This document shows, one piece after another, positions 1-11,362 of a stretch of DNA of 64,000 bases; positions within the stretch are counted from its first letter, which is position 1; each line of letters begins with the position of its first letter. This DNA is from Prorocentrum cordatum. Taxonomy: Eukaryota. The DNA is taken from positions 1 to 64,000 of the forward strand of contig CAUYUJ010000259.1 in NCBI GenBank assembly GCA_963575745.1. The letters are read 5' to 3'. The notes beneath the pieces are model-generated. The model was not told where the DNA came from. It saw only the letters and a list, made by a program, of their open reading frames with translations, and did no database searches. A program made the translations under genes and the position numbers.

Positions 1-1893
1 GAGGAGGAGGGCGCAGGAGGAGGAGGAGGAGGAGGAGGAGGAGGAGGGCGGAGGAGGAGAAGGAGGAAGAGGGCGGAGGAGGAGGAGGAGGCGGAGGAGG
101 AGGCGGACGAACAATGATACGACTAATAATAATAATGATGATGATAATAATAATAGTAATAATAATAACAACAATAATACTAATACGAATATTAATAATG
201 TCAATATTAGTATTAATAACAATAATAAAATTAAAATAATAACACTCAAAATAATATTTCATACAACGAAGAATGATACTACGATGAGTAGGAATAGTCA
301 ACTAAAAATAATGCTGTTACGAACTCATAATAATACACATAATGCTGACACTCATACTAATAATCGTAATAATACTACTGATCATAATAATAAGAATAAT
401 AATGCGACTACTCATGATACTAGCAAGAGGATGAGGAGGAGGAGGAGGAGCAGCAGGAGGAGGAGGAAGAGGAGGAGGAGGAGACGGAGAACGAGGAGGA
501 GGAGGAGGAGGAGGACGAGGAGGAGGAGAGTGGGGGGGGTGGAGGAGGGGATGAGAGGACGAGGAGGAGGAGGAGAGGGGGAGAGGAGAGGAGGAGGGGA
601 GGAGGAGGAGGAGAGGAGGAGGAGGAGGAGGAGGAGTCAGGAAGGCAGAGTCGGAGGAGGAGGAGGGCGGAGGAGAAGGAGGAGAGAGAGGAGGGCGGAG
701 AGAGGAGGAGGAGGAGGGCGGAGGAGGAAGAGGAGGAGGAGGGCGGAGGAGGAGGAGGAGGATGAGGAGGGCGGAGGAGGAGGAGGAGGAGGAGGGCGGA
801 GGAGGAGGAAAAGGAGGAGGAGGAAGGGGACGAACAATAATAAGACTAATACTGATAATAGTAATAGTAATAATAATAACATGAAATAAAAAGAAGAAAC
901 ATATTAAGAACACTACGACTAATCAACTACTAATAATAATGCTACGAAATCATAATAATATCAATAATAACAATAATGATAATATTCTTAATCATACTAC
1001 TGATCATCATACTACTAATCATAATAATAATAATACTACGAATGATAACATTGATAATAACAGTATTAATAATAACAATAATACGATTACTACTACTACT
1101 AATAATACGAATACGAATAATAATAGTCATACTAATACTAGCAGTAATAATAACAATCATAATACTAGTAATACTAATAATCACATTCATAATCTTAATA
1201 CTAATCATAATACGAATAATGCTAACAATAATCCGAATCATAATACTAATAATAATGATGATGATCGTATTAATAATGATTACAACGATAATAATTGTGA
1301 TAATAATAATAATTTTACTACTAATAATAATGATGATATTAATAATAACAATAATAATACTAATAATAATACTATAAATAATAATAATACGAATAATACT
1401 ACACCTAATAATAATACCAATAATAATAACCATCATACTAATAGTAACAATGAAAACACTACGAACACTCATAATACTATCAAGAGGAGGAGGAGGAGGA
1501 GGAGGAGGAGGAGGAGGAGGAGGAGATGAGGAGGAGGAGGCGGTGGAGGAGAGAGAACGAGGAGGAGAGAAGGAGCCTGAGTAGGAGGAGGAGGAGGAGG
1601 AGGCATGAGGAGGAGGAGAGGAGGAGGGGAGGGGGAGAGGAGGAGGGAGGAGGAGGAGGAGGAGGAGGAGGAGGAGGAGGAGGAGGAGAGAGGAGGAGAG
1701 GGAAGAGGAGACGAGGAGGAGGAAAACGAGGAGAGGGGACGGAGCGAGGAGCGAATTTGGAGAGGAGGAAGAGCAGGGGCAGAGGAGGAGGAGAGAGGAG
1801 GGAGGAGGGGCGGATGAGGAGGCGGAGGGGAGGAGAGAGAGGAGAGGCGGAGGAGGAAAGAGGGGAGGAGGAGGGGAGAGGAGGAGGAGGAGG
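1..1893. repeat. Alternating degenerate (GGA)n and (AAT)n microsatellite blocks
   Basis: Direct reading: GGA blocks ~1-110, 425-830, 1483-1893; AAT blocks ~111-424, 831-1482. Confidence 0.95.
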
Positions 1894-2446
1894 GTAGCGC
1901 GAGCTGAGACAGCGGCAGTCTGCCTTTGGGGGCGGGGGGGGCCTCCGTCCCCACGGCCGGGCGCAGCTCGGAAGACGAGTGCGCAGCGGAGGTTAACTCG
2001 CGCGCGCGCCCCCCCCCCCCCCTCCACCGGGTAGCGGTGACGATCGTGCGTGGGGGTGGGGGCTGAACACGCCCCCCCCTGACATGCTGGTGCTCGCGCG
2101 CGTATGCGATGTGGCCATCGCAGCGCACCCCCATCCCGACGTGCCCCGCCAACCCGCCCGAGCGTGACGGTGACCTGGGGCCCCCTTCCCCAGGGAGCGG
2201 CCGTTACCGGGGCACAGGGTCCGCCCAAGTGCAGGGTCGGCGTGGCGCAGTGCAAGCGCTAATGGGGAATCGGTGGCAACCGCCAGCGTCGTCGTCGTCG
2301 TCGCGTCTCCTGCCTGCCTCCTCTCTCTCCGCCCTCGCCCAGTAGCAGGGGAAATGGTAGCAGCAGAGCAGGGGGTGTGCGGACGATGAGAAGACTGTAT
2401 CCTTGAGGACTGGAGCTCAGGAGGAAAGTGGTTATTGTATCGAGCG

Positions 2447-2575
2447 TTTCGGGCCGTCTCCGTCAGTTCTCAGCGTTTTCTTTTTTCTTGTTGTTACAAG
2501 TTTTGAGCATTTTTTTTTCAACTTTTTGTCCTTTTGTTATCCAAAATCCGCCTGTAGGGGGGACGCCCGACCTAA
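2447..2575. mobile_element. MITE family A copy (degenerate left end)
   Basis: Right TIR CCTGTAGGGGGGACGCCCGACCTAA intact; left end eroded (TTTCGGGCCGTCTC); flanks ATCGAGCG/CTCCAGCC match 5/8. Confidence 0.65.
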
Positions 2576-2689
2576 CTCCAGCCTCGGACTGCCTCGTCGC
2601 GAGCGGTTCTGGGGGGTTCCCGGATCGTCCCGAACGTCCGCCAGAGACCCGAGGTAGGATCCGATCACCCAGGCCTCGCGCTGTAAACA

Positions 2690-3900
2690 AATCGAGGCGT
2701 GCTTTTTGGTGCTTGTGGTTGGCTCCCCCTGGGCCCTCCCCGAGCCCCCGGGAGCTCTCACGAGGGACTCGGGACGAGAAGCTGGCCCTTCTCGTTGACG
2801 GGACTGGACCTCCTCCTTGGGCGCGAAGGTAACGGCATTTCGATTCGCTCGTCGCGGTCTGGAGTGGGTAGAGCTGTCCTTCTCCTGGGAACTTCGAGGC
2901 TCTTTATCTTCAAACTCCGGCAGGCCTACCGGCACATAGGCTACGCAGAGTTCAGGAGAGACCAACGTACCACTACCACCAACTGCGGGGGTGGCCGCTC
3001 CCTCCCCTCGAGCTGGTGGCACCTCCTTCGAGGAACTCTCTGGGGGCATTGCATAACGGCATGCCTGGAACGAGGTGCCACCAGCTCGAGAGGGTGGGAC
3101 AGCCACCCCCCCCAGCTGGTGGTCGTGGTAGCCTTGTCTCGGGTGAAGAGCGGAGGGGGGGGCCGCACGTGCGGGGGGACCAGGGGAGAGCCAGCAGGAA
3201 GATGTGGATTTTTCACGGAAGGCGGGATTGACGGCTCGTTCGCACGCCGTTTCGGCCCATCGTCGCTTGCAAAGTCGGCGATTTGGTTCCGTCACGTGCT
3301 GCGAGTCGGAGGAGGAGTAGGAGGAGGATATACAGCGGGGGAAGTGAAGGGGGACTCGGTGGGGATGGGGGGAACTCGCATCACGTGACGAAATCCCTCT
3401 GCCCACAAAGGCGGCGGATGGGGGGGAGGGGGGAGGACGAAATGTCATGCCGGTGCATTTGCCAGCCTCTGAAGATCCGACGGCTCGATACAAGTGCAGC
3501 ATTGGTGTAACTTCGCGACTGGAGCTCTATAGGGTCAATCTTTCTGCGGCAGCTTTTTGAACTGGACCGATCGTGATGGCCCCGGGGCCCGATTCGGGGC
3601 CGGATCGATGTGCCTCCACCGAGGGCAGACGATCCTGATCTCGGTGATGGTGTCGTACGAGGATTCCGGCGCGAATCACACACGTCCCCCGGGGTTTGCC
3701 TCCCAGAGGGCCCCGCGAGCGGCCCGAAAGGGCCACCCGAAACCTCTCCATGCCCCGTCTCCTCCAGGAACTTGTTTCAGGGGAACGAGAAAAATGTCAG
3801 AAACAAAAGAACTCGGAGGTCCTTACCAGTTTGAAACATCTCCCTATCCCAGTGTTTGGCATCACCTTACTTCGATACCGATCTTGAGGATTCTCTCCGT
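2690..3900 (-). mobile_element. Possible highly decayed 3' part of a LINE
   Basis: Minus-strand peptide ERFRVALSGRS resembles WSRFRVALQTRS in the RNase H region of the LINE at 47700-50670 (shared AGGGCCACCCGAAA); Cys-containing fragments follow; no intact ORF. Confidence 0.3.
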
Positions 3901-3909
3901 TTCTGAAGT

Positions 3910-4150
3910 CCTATCCCTAAAACATTGTCATCGCTTTGGCTTGCCCATCTCAGGGATAGGGATCAGTTCGAGGCTTGTTAGGTCCGCGCGGATTTCTTGG
4001 ATCCGCGCTGGACCCCCTTCCCTGGCGCGCGGATCGCGCCGGGGGCAGCGCCGGAGGCGCCGCCAGGGCGGTTTAGCCCGGATCCGAGGAGTCCGCGCGG
4101 ACCTATGCGTTTTTTGGTTTATGCCATCTTTCGTTTCCCTTTTTCTCATT
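3910..4150. mobile_element. Hairpin MITE family B copy
   Basis: Inverted arms AGGTCCGCGCGGATTTCTTGGATC / GATCCGAGGAGTCCGCGCGGACCT; homologous to 44985-45170 and 56148-56346. Confidence 0.7.
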
Positions 4151-4239
4151 CCGCGAAAACGGTGGGACGTAGAGATTGAGCGGGCCAAGAGTTCGTTGTC
4201 AAATCAGCACTTCTGCGATCGTGGGCGCCTCTCCCAGTC

Positions 4240-4369
4240 TTAAGTCTGGGAGTCCCTCTACAACAGGAATATTCAAGAATAGTACTTTTGATCCTTCTTT
4301 GAACATTTATTTTTGAGTATTTTTGATTTTTCCTCCAAGATCCGCTCGTAGGGGACATGCCCGACCTAA
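4240..4369. mobile_element. MITE family A copy, 8-bp TSD TCCCAGTC
   Basis: Ends TTAAGTCTGGG...GCCCGACCTAA; perfect TSD at 4232-4239 and 4370-4377. Confidence 0.9.
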
Positions 4370-4399
4370 TCCCAGTCGGACGGGGCTAGGACGAGGATG

Positions 4400-4560
4400 A
4401 ATCCGTTTCAGACCGGTCTGGAACGCTCTCAGAGCGTTCCGGAACGCTCCGAGAAGGCCGCGGCGCCCGAGAGATCTTCCAGGGCCGCCAGATCTGAGAC
4501 ATTCTCGATTTCTCCTCCCCCGATCTTGTCCTCATCCTGGCTTCGTCCTGCCCGGGGCGT
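4400..4560. repeat. Dispersed repeat with AGAGCGTTCCGGAACGCTCT-type palindromes
   Basis: Closely similar copy at ~12030-12180 and a diverged copy at ~6255-6340. Confidence 0.75.
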
Positions 4561-5646
4561 CGGCAGCTCTTCGCCCCGGGGGGCACGAGCTTCCCAGCGC
4601 CCTCGGGGGGGATCGCACCCCTGAGGGCGGGAGAGTTCCTCTCGTGCCGCTCTTGGCCCGCCGAGCTCATGAAGCCCCCTGCTCCTCCCTGTGAGGGGGG
4701 GTGGGAGGCGAGGGGGGGGGTCGAGTCTCCGGTTTCGAGGCGAGGGGGGGGAGGTGAGGGGGGGAGGCGAGGGGGGAGGGGAGGGCGGGGGGGGGGCGAG
4801 GAGGGAGGCGAGGGGTGGGGAGGCGAGGGGTGGGGGGAGGCGAGGGGTTGTTTTGGGGGAAGAATCGATCTCACACGCCGAGGGTCCCACGAGGGGTCGG
4901 CGGAGATCGCTCTTCGCCCGCGGGGCTGCGGGAGGCCCTGCGTCTCTTCTGGGCCCTGGCCTCACTGACTTGGAGCAGCCCCCCGGCCCCGAAGGCGCGA
5001 GCGCCACTGCAAGGCGCAGGCTCCCTGCGATTCTGTTGGGGGAGAGTTCAGGGAAGCCTGCTCCACCTGGGCCCGGGCCTCACCTGCGTTAGACAATCCC
5101 GCAGACCCGAACACGCGAGCGCCACTACGAAGACACAGGCTCCTTGGGATTTGTTCTTGGGGAGGGAGTTCAGGAAACCCTGCTCCTCCTGGACCCTGGC
5201 GTAGCAACCCCCCAAACCCGAAAACGCGAGCGTCATTGCAAGACACAGGCTGCCTGCGATTTTTTGCGGATAGATTTCGGGGTAGGGCTTTGCGCGGGGA
5301 GCAACGGCGAACGCAAGTTATACCCCCAATTCATCTGCCGATTCACGTAACCTCGGTTAATCAGCGATTTCGGGATTGGGATCGTGTCCTCTCGTGGTCA
5401 TGCTCACTTGCCTCCGAGGAGGGAAAGGTGTCCATCCCGCTACCCTTCTCTCGGTTTGGCCCTTCTGGGCCTCCTGGGAGGCACTCGTCGCCACGGTCGG
5501 GTTCGCCTCGAAATCCTGGTGAGAGCGCACCATGGAAGAGGTCCTGGGAGTGGCGGTGTCGGTTACCGGTACCTCACACTTTTCCCACTGTTGGACCCAA
5601 CTTGCTCGACTCCTGGACCCGCCTCCTTCGCGCATGAGAGACAGGC

Positions 5647-5836
5647 TTAAGTCGGGCCTGTCCCCCTACAGGGGGATTTTCGACGAACCAGCAAAAAACA
5701 CAAAAAATGTGCAAAAATAGTCCAAAAATAGCCTGGGGACTATTATTTGAATATTGTTCGACCTTATTGGAATACTTTTGGGGTATTTTTAATTTTTCTT
5801 TGAAAATCCCCCTGTAGGGGGACAGGCCCGACTTAA
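5647..5836. mobile_element. MITE family A copy, perfect 35-bp TIR, 8-bp TSD AGACAGGC
   Basis: TTAAGTCGGGCCTGTCCCCCTACAGGGGGATTTTC is an exact inverted repeat of the right end; TSD at 5639-5646 and 5837-5844; the terminal 9 bp plus TSD is duplicated again at 5845-5861. Confidence 0.95.
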
Positions 5837-5941
5837 AGACAGGCCCGACTTAAAGACAGGCCGGGGCTGGGCAGAGGGAGCCCCTGCGCACGCTGGGCGA
5901 GCCTTCCCCTCCATCCCTCCTTGCGTTCGCCGGCTGGGCAG

Positions 5942-5980
5942 GTGCTGCGCAACGCCATCTCCGGAGCGCAGAGAGCGAAG
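5942..5980 (+). CDS. Candidate micro-exon (VLRNAISGAQRAK), possibly an upstream exon of the host gene
   Basis: CAG|G acceptor, AAG|GT donor, 39 nt, GC3-rich codons; not phase-linked to the next recognised exon. Confidence 0.4.
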
Positions 5981-6479
5981 GTTGGCTCCCCCCAGAGAGC
6001 GAAAGGGGGAGTAGCACGAGGAGGAGAGAGGAGCAAGAGGTAAGGAGGGGGAAGAGGAGCATGAGGAGGAGGAAGACCAAGAGAGGGGGGGATGCGTCCA
6101 GAGATGAGGAGCAGGAGATGGGGAGGAGGAGCAGGATAAGAAGGAGGGACAACGGCTGAGGAAAATGAGACGGCGGAGGAGGAGGAGGAGGAGGTGGTGG
6201 ACGAGAAGGAGCACGAGAGGGGAAAGATCAGGCAATTCTAGGATCAGGATAATTGTTCCAGAGCGTTTCGGAGTGCTCTTAGAGCGGTCTGGAGCCCCCT
6301 CTGGAACGGCCGTGGCGCATGATTCAGAGATTCCCGATCTGTTCATAGATTCCCTCTTCTTAACCTCATCTCCAAGGTGGGGCCAGCGAGGGGGAGGAGG
6401 GTTGGGAGGAACAAGAGAAGGAGAGGGGGACAAGGGGGAGGGCCGGGACAAACATGAAACGAGTGGGACGTTGTGAATG

Positions 6480-6519
6480 AACATGATGATGCTGATGATG
6501 AAGATGCTGATGCTGATGC

Positions 6520-6552
<33 letters not shown>

Positions 6553-6562
6553 CCATGACGGC

Positions 6563-6629
<67 letters not shown>

Positions 6630-6731
6630 TGATGGTGCTGATGATGCCCATGATGATGATGATGATGATGCTGATTATGATGATGGACGGTGATGGTGCT
6701 GCTGACGATGCAGCGGATGATGATTGTGTTG

Positions 6732-6791
<60 letters not shown>

Positions 6792-7334
6792 CTGATGATG
6801 ATGATGATGATGATGATGACGGCGACGATGATGAGGACGATGATCAGGATGATGCTATCGATGATGAGGATGACGGTGACGATGATGATGATGATGATGA
6901 TGGTTATGCTGATACTGCTGCTGATGATGATGGGGATGAGGATGATGTCGATGCTGATGATGATTCTGCTGATGACAATGCTGCTAATGGTGCTGATGCT
7001 GCTGATGATCATGCTGATGATGAGGCTGACGATTAGGGTAATTAATATTGACGATCGTGGGGATGCTGATGCTGATTATGATGCTGATGCTGCTGACGAT
7101 GATGCTGCTGATGATGATGATATTGGTTCATGGCGATGACGACGTAGATGATGCTGATGGTGGCGATGATGATGGTGGTGTTGATGATGCTCATGATGAT
7201 GGCTATGCTGGTGATAATGATAGTGCTGATGAGGAGTGTGATGTTGATGCTGATGCGGCTGCTGCTGATTATGATGATGATGCTGCTGCTACTGCTGCTG
7301 TTGATGATGATGATGTTGATGCATATGCTGATGT

Positions 7335-7376
<42 letters not shown>

Positions 7377-7740
7377 GAATGATGATGGTGATGAGAATGA
7401 TGATGATGGTGGTGATGATGATGAGGATGATGTTGATGATGATGATGATGACGATGGTGTTGATGATGATGATGCTGATGCTGATGATGATGATGATGCT
7501 GATGATGATGATGATGGTGATGCTGATGCTGATGATGGCCGCAACGACCACGCAAACGATGCTCACCGTGATGACGAGTATAACAATGCTGCTGTTGATG
7601 ATGATTATGATGATGCGGATGAGGCAGCTGCCGTCGCTGATGATGATTATGATGCTGTTGTTAATGATGACGATGATAAGGCTGTTGCTGCTGACGACGA
7701 TGTTGGTGATGATGTTCGTGTTGATGATGATGGTGAGAGT
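6480..7740. repeat. Degenerate (GAT)n microsatellite
   Basis: Direct reading. Confidence 0.95.
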
Positions 7741-8261
7741 ACGAGGGTCCCAGTTCTAGTGCGAGCAATCCTCAGCAACGACTTTCGAGGCTGAGGTTCA
7801 GAATCTTCTTGAGAAGGAGGAGGGAGAGGAGGAGGAGGGAGGAGTAGACAGACGAGGCAGTATTGACAAGGGGTAGGATTTGGACGAGGATGGGAGGGAA
7901 AAGGAGGATATGTAGGAGGAGGAGGAGGAGGAGGAGGAGGAAGAAGAATCAGGATGATGCTGTTGCTGAGTAGGAGCATGAGGGAAAGGGGGAAACGCCC
8001 ATGTAGGGAATCGAAAGAATGAGAATAAAAAGGAGAAGCAGGATCATGCTGTGTAGCAGGAAGACCGAGGAGAAAGGGGGTTGGACCTGGATGATGATGA
8101 TGATGAGGAGGAGTGAGAAGGGGTACGATTGAGGAGAGGAAAGCCAGAGGAGGAGTAGGAGGGAGTACCGTGAGGATCATTATTTCCATGCACGTCATCA
8201 CCGTCTTTGTCGTTCTCGTTATGATCATCCTCATCCTCACTTCTATAGCCATGCATATTCA

Positions 8262-8283
8262 TCCGTAGCCGTTTTGGCACAAG
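8262..8283 (+). other. Relict dinoflagellate spliced leader (DinoSL)
   Basis: TCCGTAGCCGTTTTGGCACAAG vs consensus DCCGTAGCCATTTTGGCTCAAG, 20/22; 22 nt upstream of the ATG at 8306. Confidence 0.92.
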
Positions 8284-8305
8284 GCTGCTGTCTGTTGTTT
8301 TCAGG

Positions 8306-11300
8306 ATGGCGCAGACCAGTATATTCGGTGCTGTCTTGCAGGGGGTCGCTGCCGTGCTCCTGGCGATGCAGCCATGGATTTGCCCTGCAATCGTCTCTGC
8401 TTGTCCAGCGACGATGCAAGAGATGCAAGATTTCCACACTCAACTACTCACAAAGAAACAAAGTATGCTGAGACATTATGCCAAGGAGTGGAAGACCACA
8501 AAGAGTACCAAGACAGCATTTTTCCTGGCAATGCTGAAGCAGGATGACCCCGAAACATCTGCAAAGCTCTACGCCAAGGTCCTGAAGGGATTCCCCGACT
8601 GCGTCCATGCCGGCATGCATCGCGGCAAGGCTCTGCTGCAGCGTACGGCCCACACGGCAGCCGAGGAGCACTTTGACAGGACATTCAAGTCGTGGGCGGA
8701 CCGCATCAAGATACCCCCTGATTTCTTCCAAGACTATCCTTAAGTCGGGCCTGTTCCTCTACAGGAGGAATATTCGAGAATAGTCTCAAACATAATATTA
8801 TGTGTTCCATTATTATTTTTGACCATTATTATTTTAGACCATTTTGGCGTATTTTTCCCTCTGCTGGACAATGTTCTACATTGTTCCCTCTACGGGAAGT
8901 TTTCCTTATTATTTTTGACCATTTTGGCGTTTGTTTTTGGATTGTGTCTCATTTTTCGTCCAAAACCCCCCTGTCTAGGGACATGCCCGACCTAAGACTA
9001 TCATGAAGCCACTCGTGCTGCAGCCTTCGCCCGCCCTGGGGGTCCAGGCAACGTCTCTGCAGCCCGCTGGCGCAACATCATCACGTGGCCGAGGCCGGGG
9101 GTCCACATGCGCTCCCTGCCCCTACCCCCCCCCGATTTCTGAGGCAGGGCTGGACCTAAACGCTGTTTTACTGGGCTTCGGCTGTGTTTTGTTCTTCTTT
9201 TTGGGGGGGAGGCACAGGAAATCAGGCAGAGCAAAACGAAAGACAAAGGACAACAAAACGACACATAACGTTTAGGTGCAGCCCCGTTCTTAGGGGGAGG
9301 GTGGGGGAGGGTTCGCAAGTGGCCCCTGGAGGCTGCCAGAGGACGAGCGGTGCTACTTCGCCGCCTCCGCCGCCCAGGTGTACGCGGAGTACCCGGGGTC
9401 TTTTGGTGGCCGCGGGGCCGCCGAGGCTCGCAGGGAGACCTCCCTCGTCGTGCCGCGCAGCGCGTGCGGAGATCTGCCTGGCTGCGAGGAGAGCTATGAG
9501 CTGCAAGGCTCGGATGCAACTCCTGGGAGGTCAAATTCTGATTTTGCCCTGGTCCGAAATCCGGGTTACTCCCGCTTGGTCCCGCTTGATCCGGCGCAGT
9601 CCCGCTCAATCCCGCCTGATCTGGCTTAACCCGAGGCCCACTCCGGCGCAATAGCCCCTCCTCCTCCTCCTCCTCCTCCTGCCTCCTCCTCCGTCCTCCT
9701 CCTCCTCCTCCTCCTCCTCCTCCTCCCTCCTCCCCCTTCCCCCTCCTCTCATCATCCTCCTCCTTCTCCGCCTCCTCCTCCTCCTCCTTCCTCCTCCTCC
9801 TTCTCCTCCTCCTCCTCCTCCTCCTCCTCCTCCTCCTCCTCCTCCTCCTCCTCCCCCTCCCCCTCCCCCTCCGACGAAAGCCTCCCAGTGGTTGCCTCCG
9901 AAGCAAGGCCAGGTGCTCCAGCTCGGGGACCAGCTCTCGTCGCACTGCGACCTTGGCTGGCGCCTCCTGGGCACGCTGAGCATCAACGAGGGCGACGTCG
10001 AGACGGGCTTCCGCTACTATCCTCAGGTCGGGCCTGTCCCTCCGCAGGAGGAATATTCAAGCGTGGTCAAACAATCGTCTGGGGGCGTATTTTTGGGGGT
10101 ATTTGTTTGCGGGTATGCTTTGAGTATTTCTTTTTTTTTCTCATGAAGTCGGGCCTGTCCCTCTACAGGAGGAGCATTCAAACATAGTCATAAAACAGTT
10201 TGGTGACGAATATTTGTGTTGCTAGTTCTGCCCCTTTTGGGGGTATTTGTCTGGAGTATGTTTCAGTTTTCGCCCAGAGTTCCCCTGTAGGAGGACATGC
10301 CCGACCTAATACGATCAGAAGAATGTGGAGTCCATGCGCCACATCGATGCTTCACCTGAGAGAAGTTTGTCGAGGAAAAACCATCTCTCGAGCACCGGCC
10401 GCGTCGCATCCAGGCAGCAGTTGGATCACGATGCAGATCAGCTGGAGTTTCTTGTGGCCAAAGGCATGCTTCCGAAGGAGAAGTATCAGACATGGATAGA
10501 GAAGTTTCGCGCCGTCTCCAATCAGCTCCCCGACGGTGGCAACGTGCAATTGACTGACGATACGTTCCGAGCTATAGATCCCATGTATGGGCGTTTACAT
10601 TATCTGGCAGATGGTGATCGTTTGCCTAAGCAGGTGCTCGCTCAACGGGATCCCTCGGAGTGGGCAGCTTTCGAGACCGCTTTTGCGACTGGCGATGTAA
10701 TCGTCATCGACAATCTTCTCACAGAGGAGGCACTCCATTACGTCCGGAACTGGGCCGTTCACAGCACAATCTATTTCGATGCAAAGGCGCGTGGCTATGT
10801 CGGCAGCTATTCTGAAGACGGTTTCAGTGCTCCCATCATCGCTCAGATTGCTGCAGAGCTTGGTGCCGCATTGCCCAAGGCAACACAAGGCCAGAATGTG
10901 ACGCAGGCGTGGGCCTACAAATACGACAACAAGAAGAATGCTGGTATCCAGTACCATGCAGACATGGCCCTTGTCAACTGCAACTTATGGTTGACGCCAG
11001 ACCACGCAAATCAGTTGAAAGGGAGAGGCGGCTTAGACGTCTTTAAGAAGAAGGTGCCGCTCGAATGGGACTTTGACAGGTACAACTCAGACGAGGGCCT
11101 TCAGGACATGCTGGCGTTCATCGAAGATGCAGAGCTTGTCCGGGTGCCATACCGCGAGAACAGAATGGTTCTGTTCAACAGCCAGTATGTGCATAAGACG
11201 GACGACATCGATTTTAAGCCTGGGTATGAGAATCGTCGCATCAATCTGACACTGCTTTATGGAGACAAATACACTCCAGCGGAAGCATATGCTTTAGCAA

Positions 11301-11362
11301 AAGCAAATTATTTAGATTTGAACACAGATGAGCTTTGGCCTGGAAGCAGGCAGGAGCTATGA
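8306..11362 (+). CDS. TPR-containing 2OG-Fe(II) oxygenase-superfamily protein (~544 aa), retrogene; predicted exons 8306-8731, 8997-9047, 9913-10026, 10319-11362
   Basis: Hydrophobic N-terminus; TPR-like helices (AGMHRGKALLQRTAHTAAEEHF; WRLLGTLSINEGDVETGFRY); C-terminal HxD (YHADM)...H (YVHKTD)...R (RRINLT). Introns GA-AG, GC-AG and GT-AG are all phase 0 and give one open frame; the first junction is the least certain. Confidence 0.8.
8740..8995. mobile_element. MITE family A copy forming predicted intron 1 of the oxygenase gene
   Basis: TTAAGTCGGGCCTG...CATGCCCGACCTAA; TSD GACTATCC (8732-8739) / GACTATCA (8996-9003). Confidence 0.92.
10023..10309. mobile_element. Compound MITE family A copy forming predicted intron 3 of the oxygenase gene
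   Basis: Left TIR variant TCAGGTCGGGCCTG at 10023, second left TIR at ~10144, right TIR ends at 10309; TSD TACTATCC / TACGATCA. Confidence 0.9.
10319..11362 (+). CDS. Terminal exon encoding the 2OG-Fe(II) oxygenase-like domain
   Basis: Uninterrupted 347-codon non-repetitive frame with HADxxxVNCNLWLTPD..N, GGL, PYRENRMVLFNS..VH.TD and GYENRRINLTLLYG motifs. Confidence 0.9.
   Translation, partial: KNVESMRHIDASPERSLSRKNHLSSTGRVASRQQLDHDADQLEFLVAKGMLPKEKYQTWIEKFRAVSNQLPDGGNVQLTDDTFRAIDPMYGRLHYLADGDRLPKQVLAQRDPSEWAAFETAFATGDVIVIDNLLTEEALHYVRNWAVHSTIYFDAKARGYVGSYSEDGFSAPIIAQIAAELGAALPKATQGQNVTQAWAYKYDNKKNAGIQYHADMALVNCNLWLTPDHANQLKGRGGLDVFKKKVPLEWDFDRYNSDEGLQDMLAFIEDAELVRVPYRENRMVLFNSQYVHKTDDIDFKPGYENRRINLTLLYGDKYTPAEAYALAKANYLDLNTDELWPGSRQEL

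Noticed and set aside
284..2255. Long ORFs rich in R/G/E/N/I (likewise at 5789-7794, 21977-23470, 29454-32000, 45844-47685, 61111-61780)
   Set aside because: They are translations of trinucleotide microsatellites and are open in several frames on both strands
2085..2262. Possible terminal exon (…VTWGPLPQGAAVTGAQGPPKCRVGVAQCKR*)
   Set aside because: No clear acceptor, frame ambiguous, no linkage to other exons
5647..5836. piggyBac assignment from TTAA at both ends
   Set aside because: TTAA is part of the TIR; an 8-bp TSD lies outside it in six copies
8740..10309. Splicing via the TIR-internal CAG|GA and TAG|G sites of MITE family A
   Set aside because: It would leave ~50-52 extra nt in the mRNA, shifting the frame and retaining in-frame TAA
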